From the human T2T-CHM13v2.0 reference genome, Homo sapiens: a stretch of 64,000 bases of DNA. The position numbers were made by a program, and so were the translations under genes. Positions 24,101 to 53,981 of this stretch are shown piece after piece. Below the pieces are notes generated by a model. The model was not told the origin of the DNA. It saw nothing but the letters and a program-made list of their open reading frames with translations, and searched no databases. The number at the start of each line of letters is the position of its first letter. Positions within the stretch are counted from its first letter, which is position 1. Where the stretch lies: the NCBI RefSeq assembly GCF_009914755.1, contig NC_060943.1; one strand, 5' to 3'.

Positions 24101-24644
24101 TGGACTCCTGCGTCTGAGGGAAGAGGAAGTGGGCCTGGATCCCTGGGTCTGAAGGAAGAGGAGTTGGGCCTGGACGCCTGGGTCTGAGGGTGGAGGGCTG
24201 AGCCTGGATCCTGGGTCTGAGGGTGGAGGGCTGAGCCTGGATCCTGGATCTGAGGGTGGAGGGCTGAGCCTGGATCCTGGGTCTGAGGGTGGAGGGCTGA
24301 GCCTGGATCCTGGGTCTGAGGGTGGAGGGCTGAGCCTGGATCCTGGGTCTGAGGGTGGAGGGCTGAGCCTGGATCCTGGGTCTGAGGGTGGAGGGCTGAG
24401 CCTGGATCCTGGGTCTGAGGGTGGAGGGCTGAGCCTGGATCCTGGGTCTGAGGGTGGAGGGCTGAGCCTGGATCCTGGGTCTGAGGGTGGGGGGCTGAGG
24501 TCATACCTTGAGCATGCGGGCAGCCACTGAGACGATCTGTGGGAAGTAGGCGATGTTGTGGCGGAACTTCTCCTGCATGTCACACAGGAACAGGACAGAG
24601 GATCCTGGGAGGACTCGGCCCAGGCTGGGCCTGGCAGCCGCCAT
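21190..24644 (-). CDS. ISOC2: Isochorismatase domain-containing protein 2; join(24644-24507, 23727-23518, 23212-23142, 22988-22871, 21270-21190), 205 aa
   Basis: Reads [27 protein letters not shown]...[12 protein letters not shown]...KTCFSM...[14 protein letters not shown]...GQNSLLH*, with cysteine-hydrolase/isochorismatase motifs. GT-AG junctions are all in frame. An alternative acceptor at 23260 adds 16 aa. Confidence 0.97.
23756..24499 (-). repeat. MSR1-type minisatellite filling ISOC2 intron 2 (34-37-bp units, then about 9-10 homogeneous 33-bp units)
   Basis: Arrays of gggtctgagggaggaggggctgggcctggactcct and gggtctgagggtggagggctgagcctggatcct. Confidence 0.9.
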
Positions 24645-24966
24645 TTTCTGGGGGTGGGCAGAGGGACGGTGGGTCAGGCCCGAGGGCTCCTCTCAGTGTC
24701 TCCAGCTGGCGTCCAGGTCCTCACACTCAGAGCCTGGCAGGGCCCGGGGCACCTTGCCAACCTTCTTCCCACCTCAAGGTCTCTGTGTCTGCTGTTCCCC
24801 GGGCCTAGAATGGGCTTCTTTCTTATTTCTGTCCTATTCGGCAGGGAGGTGACTTCCTTGGGAAGCCTTCTGGGCCACATCCACACGTGGCTCCGGGTGT
24901 CCCTCTCCTGGTCCCTGTGTTCTCCTTGCTGAGGACTGTGCACAACGTCAAGGAGTGCTTCATGAT

Positions 24967-25160
24967 CCCGGTTACCATCCGCCCCGGTTACCATCCACCC
25001 CAGTTACTATCAGTCCCGGTTACCATCAGCCTCAGTTACCATCTGCCCTGGTTACCATCCACCCCAGTCACCATCCGCCCTGGTCACCATCAGCCCCGGT
25101 TACTATCAGATCCCGGTTACATCAGCCCCGGTTACTGTCAGCCCTGGTTACCATCAGCCC
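24967..25160 (+). repeat. 16-bp minisatellite (cccggttaccatcagc), about 12 copies, in ISOC2 intron 1
   Basis: Tandem GGTTACCATC cores. Confidence 0.9.
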
Positions 25161-25284
25161 CAAAACGGAGGCTCTGCTCGGCGTCCTCCTGTGTTGGGCC
25201 AGCCCACTCCCCAGGGCCTCCTGAATGAAGGGTCCACCCTGATCCTCACCCTGCTCCAAGAGGAAACTGAGGCTATATTCTTCA

Positions 25285-27500
<2,216 letters not shown>

Positions 27501-28179
27501 TGTGCAAATTTTATCTCATTAAATAAAATTGAATGGAAACTCCCTCTGAAACAAAACCACAGTGAATTAATCCCATAATTACAACTGTGATAAGTGGGAT
27601 TTGGAGGGAGTCAGATACAGCTTGGCAGGGGCTGCAGTGTTCTCCTAGAGAAACTGACGACAGAAAAATGATCTTTTCACAAAACACAAAGCTATTACTC
27701 CCCTGTCTCAAACTGTCCCCTGACCCCCGTGGATTCTCTCTGTCCTCAGGACTAAGATGCAGGCGCCCCTTTCCCCCCCGCCCTGCACTGCTCTGAAGAC
27801 CCTCCAGCCTCAGCCCAGCCACTCCCTCCTCTCAAACAGCCCTTGCGGTTTCCTCCCCATGGAGTGACCCTCTCACGGCCACTCATGTGCTAACTCTTCC
27901 TCCCCTGTGCAGGAGGCGGGACCTGAACACCCGGGCCCCAAGGGATGGTTCTGAGGGAACCAGGAGCTGGAGAGCTGACAGGTGGGTCACAAGGGCCCTG
28001 GAGTCTCTCTGCTGAGGGCAGTGAGGAGCCATGGAGGGGCAGATCTGGGGGCCAGCATGTCCAAAAGCCTAGGACAGGCATGTGGAGCACCCAGGAACTC
28101 CCCTCTGGCCTGGTAGGAGTGTGGGTCACAACAACTCCTAGGGACAGCCGAGCAGCTGCATTTCTCAAAATGATGGATA

Positions 28180-28945
28180 CACAAACCCTCTGACCTCAAA
28201 AGCTGCTCCTAAGCATTTATCCTACAGACATTCATGTGAAACGACACAGGATTATTCATTACAGGACTCTTCCCCAGAGCAAAGGAGCAGAAGTTAAGTA
28301 TCAATGTCCACAATGAGGGTACTGGTTACGTAAGTCATGCCATAACTATACTGTTATTCCTCGCAGCCAGAAAAAATTACGAGGAAGCTCTTTTAAGTAA
28401 CAATACGAAAACATATTTGAGAGAAGTGAAAAAGAAGCAGAACAGTGTGTATGGAATGCTCCTTTTTGTGCCAAAGAAAAAAGGGAGAGGAAAATGTGTC
28501 TGTGTTGCCTATATCTATATCTGCTATCTCTGGCAAACAAGCAAGAAACGGGAGACTCAGGCGGGCGAACCAGGCACCGGGGAAGTCTGTAGGAGCCTTT
28601 TCACTGGGTCCTATTCTGTTTCTTCTGAATTCTGGACAATGTGCAACAAGTTGTCTAGTCAATACTATATACAATAAAGGGTTGGCATAAAGCCAAAACC
28701 CGGCAAAACTGATCTATGGCGTCAGAAGCCAGGACAGTGACTGCCCTTGGACCACAGTGATGGAAACGACGACGGCGGGAGATCCTGGGATGTGGCGCAT
28801 GTTTGACTTTTTTCTTTGGATACTTGTTTACACCAGGGTGCTCCCTTTATAAATATTTATTTAAGCTGTGTATTTGCAAACCGTTCGATTTTCTGCGTTT
28901 GTGGTATTATTCCAGAAAAAGTGTTCAAAATGCAAAATACAAAGA
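28180..28945 (+). mobile_element. Highly diverged L1ME-like fragment
   Basis: Motifs ctcctaagcatttatcctacaga and caaaactgatctatgg...cagaagccaggacagtg. Confidence 0.5.
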
Positions 28946-29479
28946 TGGCTTCAGGCCCCCGCCGTGCGGTTGAACTGGAGGCAAAAGGCCAGAGAGCAGG
29001 AGGTCGGCGCTGGGGCCCAGTGGGACAGGGGAGAGTCAGGAAGGGGCAGCTGGGACGGTGGGGAAAGTCGGGGAGAAAGGCCCCCAGTTTCTGGTCGAGC
29101 GAGGGGCATGATCTGAAGATTCATAGGGGATCCCGGGGAGGGGAACTGGTTTTTGGGAGATGAAAAATTGGGGTGAGGGTGGGTGTGTGAGAGAGAGAGA
29201 TGTGAAGGGGAGGTCTGGGCTGGAGAGGGTTGGGCGTGTCCTGCGGAACGAGGAGAGATTCAGCCTGGGTGGAGGGTACCCAAGGCCAAAGGGGGCGTGG
29301 CTGGAGGTGGGCGGCAACAGGGGGCGGGGTAGGGCCGTTGATTTCCCCACCCGGTCTCGGAAACCCGGCCTTGGAGCCCGGACTTCCTGGCTGTGTGACC
29401 TTGGGCAAGTTTCTCTTTGTCTTAGCCTCAGTTTTCTCGTCGGAGAAATGGGGATTAAACCTGCCCACCCCCCAGCGCT

Positions 29480-30260
29480 GTTACAGAGGCGGCAGGCGCG
29501 ACCCGGGGACGCTTCCAATCTCTGGCCAGCCAATTCTGGCGGGGCCAGGTGGAGTCCTCCTTCTGGTCCTGTGACCTTGGCCCGGGACGCCCAGGCAGAG
29601 CCTCAGTTTCCCCATCTGCTAGGCGGTAAGGTCGGTCTCCAAATAGCGCCAGCAGCGAGAGAGGACTTACCCGGAAGGTGCCGGGTTCGAGCCCGGAACG
29701 GCCCCTCTGCAGGTGAGGCGGGGGCACCCTCACCTCTCGGCGCTCGGACGGCCACCGCTGAGGCCTCTTGCGGGCTTCCCAGGGCTGGTTACCGTTTCGT
29801 TAGGGCTGGACACGTGGCCCACCCCCTGCACCGTCCGTTTTCCGCCCACTTGGGCCCAGCCGTCCAATCGACACTCATCATGCTCTGCCTCGCCGCTCTC
29901 TCCGGCCAATCCGCATGTGCCACTGCCTCTGCCCGCAATCGGCGCTCACCAACTCACCCCGCCCCCTGCCTCTCAACCAATCCGCATATGCAGCTGCTTT
30001 GCTCCCGCCCCAGGGGGGGCGGTGCCGGCAAGGCTGTCAGTCTCAAGAAAATGATTAGCTCGCAAAGGCGCCGTGGGGGCGGGGCAGCAGGTCGTTCTGC
30101 CAATGGAGAGCCGTAGAGGGCGTGAGTGGCGGCCGACGGGGCGGAGTCGCGCGGTGGTCTCCGAAGGCTCAGACTCTGGCTGGAGAGAGGGCGTCTCGGC
30201 CGGCCCCATTGCACAGAGCAGACCGCCGAGGCCGGGAGAGAGAGAGAGGGGTCTTACCTA
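29480..30260 (-). promoter_or_regulatory. ISOC2: ISOC2 CpG-island promoter and non-coding exon 1
   Basis: CpG-rich. CCAAT boxes at 29864, 29906, 29977 and 30100, plus GC boxes. Minus-strand donor G|GTAAGT at 29670 and another GTAAGA near 30258. The exon 2 acceptor is 3 nt upstream of the ATG (exon starts 24647). Confidence 0.8.
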
Positions 30261-30495
30261 GAGTAGAGGCATGTCTGCGGTTCGAAACCTGGCCCTCTCT
30301 CAAGAAACGGAGGCTTACAAAGATACCCAAGCACTTTCCAGGAAGGGGCTGGCTGAGGGAGCGATCAAGTGAGGAATTTGACGCCCCCCTGTCCTTTGCG
30401 CTCTGTGCTGCCTCAGTTTCCCCATCTGTACAGCACCTGCCTCCTCGGGTGGTGTTTAGAATAATTTAGACTCTGTGCTTGGAAATGGAGGTTGA

Positions 30496-31091
<596 letters not shown>

Positions 31092-31630
31092 TTGTGTTTT
31101 ATTTTCTTTTCAGCACTAACTCCAATCTGAATTGGAAATGAATCTTGCTTTTTGAAAAATGCATGGATATACTCTTTTATTGTCTGTTCCCCGCCAAAAC
31201 ACACACATGCACACAGAACAGGGAGCTCCCTGAGGCAGGGGTCCCGTCTGCCTCGTTCACAGCTGAATCCTCAAGTCCTAGACCTGGGCCTGGCCCATAG
31301 TAGGCGCTCGATACATCTTTGGGAATAAATGACAGGAGAGCAGACATTAGGCAGAGGTGAGCCTGGGTGAGAGTGAGGGGTGGATGCCCAGATGGGGCTA
31401 GGCAGAAGGAAGGGGGAAGGCAGGAAAGCAAGAAGAGGTGGAGGTGGGGCCCCTGGGCCCAGGAGGAGACCCCTGAGGCAGTGGTCTGAAGTGGGGGTCT
31501 GGGTTGGTTTATTTTCCCAGGGGCTGCCAGGAAGGGAGTGGACAGGTTGGGGGCTCCTGGAGAGGGCTGTAGAGCCGTCGTGGAGGGGCCTCTGGCTTGT
31601 CCTGGGTTCTGGGCTGGGTTGTGATTGGCC

Positions 31631-32869
<1,239 letters not shown>

Positions 32870-34374
32870 CTAACCCTGTCCCCACCTCCCAGGAGCCCGA
32901 CCTGAAGTCTGAGGGAGCGGCAGGTGGGGGCTAATATAGGAAGGCAGGGAACAGGGAGGGGAGGGGGCTTTCTGGGGCCCTCTAAGTGCCCAATTAGCGC
33001 ATAGTTGGACCTGGGATATGGAACTGGCGTGCGTCGGCGGGGGGCAGAGAATGGTGCCTGGAGATGGCCAATTAAGGGAACAAAGGCCTCGTTCGGGAGG
33101 CGGGAGGCGAGGCCGCCAGTAAGTCAAATGCAGCGATTGAGCGTGGAGGACCCTTAATTGGAGCCGTGGGGAGGGGGCTGGGAGGGAGGGGAGCTGGGCT
33201 GCATCTGCCCACCCACCCTCAGACACACCTGTGCCTCCCTCCCTCTGCTCAGCCCAGCACCTTAGGAGGGGAAACCGAGGCTCCCAAAGGGGCTGGTGCG
33301 GGCCGAGGTCTCCAGCCAGCAGGAGGGGTTGGCTCCTGGAGGGTCACCCCCGAAATCCTGGGGCTCATAGAATCCTGAGCAGCAGAGTGAGGGAGGAGAG
33401 GGGGAAGGGTGTGGCAGGACGGGAGGGGACGGGAGAACAGGGCGCAGTCTCCCCCAGGGTGTTTTATTGAGGCACTGGGACCCCTGGTGTCTGTGGGAGG
33501 CAGAGGTTGGGCCGGGTCCCCTTGTTTCTGGAAGGGTGTTGGCCGGAGCGGGGACCCTGGGTCTCAGGTTGGGTAGGGGAGCACCGGGTGTGACAGCCTC
33601 AGTCTCTGCTTGGACCCCCACCCTCGGGGGTCTGCTCTGGGAAGCCAGGATGTTTCCCGAAATTGATGTAACAAATGACCACGGCTCAGTACCTAGAACC
33701 GCACGCGCTGATTCTCCTGCCTGAAGCAGGGATTTAAACCTGACATCATGAGTTTGCTTCCCAGGCCCGCTCACTGGCCAGCAGCACTATGGGCAAGGTC
33801 AGCAGTTGAGGTCCTACCAGGCCTAGGGTGGGGGCCAGCAGGCAGGTGGGGGCATATTGGGAGCTGGGGCTGAGTGCAGCCAGTGATGTTGCCAGAGGTC
33901 CAGTTTCCTGTCAGCAGGACATGGTGAGACCAGCTGCAGTAGGACAGACAGACACCCAGTGCCCTCACCAGCCATGGCACGTACACGTTGACTGCTACCC
34001 CTGCCATGCTCAACACTACCACTGTGCTGAACCACTGCACAGGTGGGGCTGCTGGGCCTGGTGTGGCTGGTGTCTGTGTTGGGGACACCATTGGCCTCCC
34101 ATGTTTCTCTCGGGTGTCTCCAAGGGTCTCCAGCCTCCTAGACAGCCTCTTGTACTCTGCCCCTTGGTCCCTCTGCCTGCCAGCTGTCTGTGACTCACAC
34201 TAGCCCCATTGCTATCTCTCCATCTCGCCCACCCTTGCTCGTTCCTCTTCTGCTCCTCCTGGCTTTCTGTCCATCCCTGGGTTATCCACAATTCTCTCAA
34301 CTATCATCTATCTATCACCTGCCTATCTATGGATCTATCATCTATGTATGTGTGTATGTATGTATATATCTATT

Positions 34375-34657
34375 TTTAGAGACAGAGTCTGGCTCTGCCA
34401 CCCAGGATGCACTGCAGTGGTGTGATCCTGGCTCACTGCAGCCTTGACCTCTTGGGCTCAAGGGGTCTTTCCACCTCAGCCTCCTGAGAAGCTAGGATTA
34501 CAGGCACCTGCCACCATGCTTGGCTAATTTTTTTCTTTTGTAGAGATGGGGTCTCACTATGTTGCCCAGGCTGGTCTCAAACTTCTGGGTTCAAGTGATT
34601 CTCCTGCCTTGACCTCCCAAAGTGCTGCGGTCACAGGCGAGAGCCACCGTGCCCAGC
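34375..34657 (-). mobile_element. Alu (J-like)
   Basis: Antisense Alu consensus with a tatc/tatg-derived tail. Confidence 0.88.
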
Positions 34658-34885
34658 CTCTCTCCTCTGTATTGTCTCTCTGACTTCATCTCTCCCATTT
34701 GTGTTCCGGTTCCTCTCCCTGTCTCTGTCTCTTTCACTGTCTCTGGAGTTTCTCTCAGTGTTTATGTTTTAGACTCTGAATGCTCTTCACTGCCTGTCTC
34801 TCAGCTTTTCTGTTTCTGTCTCTCTGTCTTCCCCAGGGCATGGTGTGTGTGTGTGTGTGTGTGTGTGTTTGTGCACGTGTGTGAT

Positions 34886-35727
<842 letters not shown>

Positions 35728-36125
35728 AGATGTCCGTGAGTCTGGTTCACGCCTGTGGTATTGGGGGTGGCCTGAAGGTGAAGGTTTCCTGTCCTGTTCT
35801 GCTCCAGGTCTCAGGTACAGAGGGAAGGGTCCAGGGTCCCTTGGCAAGAGGCCGAAGGGAGAAGACCCCTGGGTCTCTGGAGGATGGGAAGGGAAGGATT
35901 GGCTCTGAGGGCCGGGAAGGGGCCCGCCGCCACGTGGCTGGGGTATGACCTTTGCTACCTTGATACACACTTTATCGTGTGTATTCACATCTGGTAGCTC
36001 TTATTTCAAAATTTGCATTCCACAGTCCAGGGGCCAAGAGCAACATCCGCCGGCCAGCTCTGTCCCACTCAGGCCGGCCAGCAATGCACAGGGCGGCCGC
36101 CTGCAGGCTGCGGCCTCGGGACTGT

Positions 36126-36139
36126 CCACCAGGGGGCGC
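36126..36139 (+). promoter_or_regulatory. CTCF binding site
   Basis: CCACCAGGGGGCGC is an exact match to the CTCF core consensus, within a small CpG-rich patch. Confidence 0.75.
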
Positions 36140-36414
36140 CCACCCGGCCGGTGCTGGGCGGCCCGGCTCAAGGGGTGCGGCCCGAGAACTTGGGGCCCTC
36201 TCCTGTCTCCTGTCATTGAGAACAATCAACCACAGCAGGGAGCTGGCTTCATGGGGTCTTTGTTGAGGACCTGCACTTCCAGGTGCTGGAAGGTCTTCCC
36301 CAGCCTCCTCTCCCCTATCCCAGCCCTTGAAATTCTGTGTGTGTTGGGGGTGGATTTAGTCATTCAACAAACATTTATTGAGCACCTTGCTTTACTGAGC
36401 AGTGGAGGAGGTGA

Positions 36415-40200
<3,786 letters not shown>

Positions 40201-40272
40201 AGAAGGTAGCAGCCACTCTTAGGGAGGAAATTTAGCATGCATCTGTCCCTGTCCGTTTTTGCACTTAAAATG

Positions 40273-40776
40273 GAGGAAGGTTTTACCTGTACAGATGGAA
40301 CCCTGTATATTGTTGCTTCCTCCAGGGAGTCTGCCCTGGTTTCCCCCAGGCTGCATGAGGAAGGTTTTACCTGTACAGATGGAACCCTGTATATTGTTGC
40401 TTCCTCCAGGGAGTCTGCCCTGGTTTCCCCCAGGCTGCGTGAGGAAGGTTTTACCTGTACAGATGGAACCCTGTATATTGTTGCTTCCTCCAGGGAGTCT
40501 GCCCTGGTTTCCCCCAGGCTGCGTGAGGAAGGTTTTACCTGTACAGATGGAACCCTGTATATTGTTGCTTCCTCCAGGGAGTCTGCCCTGGTTTCCCCCA
40601 GGCTGCGTGAGGAAGGTTTTACCTGTACAGGTGGAACCCTGTATATTGTTGCTTCCTCCAGGGAGTCTGCCCTGGTTTCCCCCAGGCTGCGTGAGGAAGG
40701 TTTTACCTGTACAGATGGAACCCTGTATATTGTTGCTTCCTCCAGGGAGTCTGCCCCGGTTTCCCCCAGGCTGCAC
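40273..40776 (+). repeat. 84-bp VNTR, 6 near-identical copies
   Basis: gaggaaggttttacctgtacagatggaaccc... recurs at 40273, 40357, 40441, 40525, 40609 and 40693. Confidence 0.95.
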
Positions 40777-41107
40777 GAGGAGTCTCCCCTGGCTCCCATG
40801 TCCTGGGCAGCCTCCATGAGTGCCTGACCGTGCATGTGAGACCTGCTCGATAGGCCTTGGAAGTGGGTGGACTCTGGGGTTGGGCACATTCCTGGTCCAA
40901 CCACTTCTGGGCTGTAGGAATTCCTTCCTGGTTACAGGACACTACATCACTTCCTGGTTCTGTGGCTTGGCCATGAGACTTCAGAGGGCCTTGCCTTACC
41001 CCACTGTGAAATGGGGATCACACCCCTTCTGAGTGGAGAGGCCCGTTAGCTTGGGGCCGGCTGGGGCTGCCACGGGGGCCTTAAGAGATGTCAGAAGGGA
41101 GCATCCT

Positions 41108-44270
<3,163 letters not shown>

Positions 44271-44439
44271 TTTAATGACCCTCAGAAAAGCCAGTGTGGC
44301 TGGAACGCTGGGTTGGGCGGGGGTTGAGCGTGGAGAGGGGCTTTGGAGCAGCTCGGTCTCCCACTAAAACCCTAGGCCCCACAAGGAGTCTGTGGATTCC
44401 AGCCTCCCAGAACAGACCTTTGCCCAGCAGGAACCAGGT

Positions 44440-45240
44440 TTCTGCAGCGTCTGGATGAGCGTGCACGAAGCACACGCCCGAAAATCCTGAGCACGTGGCT
44501 CTACCGAGGGACTGGAAGCGCTCCAGGCCTCGTTTTCCCGCTGGAGCGATTACACCCTGGGGGCGGGGCCCGCTTCACGGGAGGGATTTTTGTACAACCG
44601 TGGTGCATGGAAGGATTTTTTTGCAGATGAGAGGGAATCGGGATTAATAAGGGGAACTTGCGACCCCGCGTCTCGAGCTGGCCGTCCCTGGCCTTGGGCT
44701 CACCGGGGCCTCGGCCCCCAAGACCTGACAACTGGAGTCCGCGACCACAACTGGGAGAACTACAACTCCCAGGATGCCGCGCACCGCCTGCGCCCGAGCT
44801 CGACGAGGCCTCGCACAGCCAATGGGAGGGTCCGGGGGCGGGAACTCGGAGTACGTGCGTTGTGACGCACCGACGGCGACGTCGGGGTTTGTGTGCGCGA
44901 GAGGCCGCCGATAAAGGTTGGGTGCCTCGCGCCGGGGGCCGTTGGGAGGGAGTGCGCCCCTGCCCCCCCTCCCCGGTCCCCACAGCTGCACCGCCGCTGC
45001 CGGGGCCCCACCTTCCCGTCGACCCCCGCGGGAAGGTCCTGGGGCTGCCACCCTCGTTCCCCCGATTGGGGCCGCAGGTGAGAGACCGGAGGGGGTGGGG
45101 GTGGGGGGAGGGACCGGAGGGCGGAGAAGTTGCAGGGGGTGGGGCGGGGGGGGGGGGCGTGAAACCGGAAGGGGTACCTTAAAGGGGAGTCACTATTTCA
45201 CCTCCGACTTTTGCCAGCTAGGCCGGGTCCGCCCTCTTAA
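44440..45240 (+). promoter_or_regulatory. ZNF628: ZNF628 CpG-island promoter and non-coding exon 1 (ends 45077)
   Basis: ZNF143/SBS motif ACTACAACTCCCAG at 44759, CCAAT at 44819, GC box near 44835, CRE-like TGACGCA at 44863, donor CAG|GTGAGA at 45078. Confidence 0.85.
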
Positions 45241-45629
45241 AGGGCAAGGGGCTACATTGAGAGGGCGGGTCAGGCTTTGCATTTTTACAGAAGCTTTCTG
45301 ACTTAAAACAATGTTTTTCCCCTAAAAGGCGGTTATCTCATTAAAGGCCAGTGACCGTTTCCCAGACATTGAAGCAAAAACTCCTGAGTCCTGGTTGCTT
45401 CAAAGCGATCCCTGGTTTAGCTCAACAAAAGTGGAGATGGGGCTCCAGTGGCAGCATCCCCTTAAAGGGGAGGTCCAGCCTGCTGAACGGGTGTGGCGCG
45501 GCCTTTTAAAGGGGATGTCTTCTTGTTAAATGGGACCCCGCTCTTTCAGGGCACGGATATCTCTTTTAAGGAGATGCTGGGGCTTCTCAAAGGCACGTGC
45601 AGCTTCTTAGCATCAGTAGGTTTGTTTTG

Positions 45630-52646
<7,017 letters not shown>

Positions 52647-52736
52647 GGAGAGGCAGTGATTCCCCTCCCGCCCCGCACAGAGACCCCGACTCACTGCCAG
52701 CCGGGGCGGGGCAGGGTGCCGCAGGCTGGGCTTGCT

Positions 52737-52742
52737 AATAAA
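52737..52742 (+). terminator. ZNF628: ZNF628 polyadenylation signal AATAAA
   Basis: AATAAA about 90 nt after the stop, followed by a GT/T-rich element (tgtgttttgtttt). Confidence 0.85.
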
Positions 52743-53049
52743 GACCCGAGTCTCCCCGCCTGTGTTTTGTTTTCCTGGGGGGAGGGAAGGGGGCAAAGTC
52801 ATGGTCCTAGCCCCCGCCTGGGAGCGTGGAGTCTTAAGTCTTGCGTCCTGGGTCGCAGATGGCTTGTTCTGCATCCTGGGGCCAGCCACTACGTAGGGCT
52901 CAGTTCCCCTGTCCTGAAACCAAAAAAGGCCGCAGGGGTCATTATAGTGGGGAGGTGGTGACATCAGACTCCAGGGAGTGCTACTTGTTCACTGTAGGTC
53001 GCCCCGCTGCCCCCCCCGTGTGAGAAGTAGGGGGATCCTTATGCGGAAG

Positions 53050-53720
53050 GGTTCTGCGACCCCGGGCGCCCCGTGGGTGGAGTGGGGTCCCTGGGGATGG
53101 GGGAGTCGGGCGCCAGGATGCTGAGCGTGGCCGGCTCCTCCCGCGAAGGCCCCGGCACGGATGAGAATCCACGCGCTGGCGTCGCCGCCCGGCGCTCAGG
53201 TTGCTCAGCAACGAGGGAACGTGGGGCGGGAGCTCGCGCTGGTCCCCAGCCCGCCGCCCGTCTCCTGCCGGCTTCCGCTCCCGTTCTTCCCCAGGTCCCC
53301 TTTCCCCGTTGCTCCTTCTCTAGGGATAGGAGAGGTCGCTTCCCGGCCCTCCGCAGGGTCACAGCTCGGTTCCTCCCAGCCCGCCCTCCGGGGAGCTTAG
53401 CAACGGTTGCTACGGCCCGGAGCGGGCGCCGCCCCGCCCCACCGCGCGCGGTCTGACGTCACTTCCGCCCGCGACCCCCTTCCAGACCCGCTCCCGAAAC
53501 CTTGTCGAAGGACCAAAGGCGACCGGTGCAGGTGCTTGCTGGTCCTTGTTCTTGTGGCGCGGGACGGGGACGACTGTGGGGGAGGGGGCGCTGGGGACCG
53601 GGGTGGAGCGAGCGTGGTCCGTTCTCTGGCATGTGGGGAGGGTGTTCGTGGACCCCAGTGCCTGGGAGGGAGCCCCGTGCTGCAGTGTTGGCGTCCGCAG
53701 CGCGTTTGGGAGTGTAGATC
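53050..53720 (+). promoter_or_regulatory. NAT14: NAT14 CpG-island promoter and non-coding exon 1
   Basis: Full CRE TGACGTCA (53454-53461) overlapping ETS ACTTCCG, X-box GTTGCTCAGCAAC at 53200, GC boxes. Exon 2 starts at 53934. Confidence 0.8.
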
Positions 53721-53981
53721 GCTGAATAATACGGGGGAGGGGGGATCCCGGGAGACTTTAGCAAGGTCGCTGAGTATTGTGGGGGGCGCCTGTCCTGCCG
53801 AGATCCTCGCTTGGGGGCCCCGAGGGTTCTCAGTGTCCTGATCTAGGAAGTGCCGTTGCTGCTCCCTACCCCTCGGGGGAGCTTTGGGGACAGAGGTGCC
53901 CCCCTGACGCTGACCTACTTATGTTCTCACCAGGTGCACGACGCCAGCTCCCTTCTGGGGGGCCGGGGCCTGGGGGTTGCC

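Noticed and set aside
29160-30116. 318-aa plus-strand ORF across the ISOC2 promoter
   Set aside because: Crosses MIR-like fragments and promoter motifs; no domain similarity.
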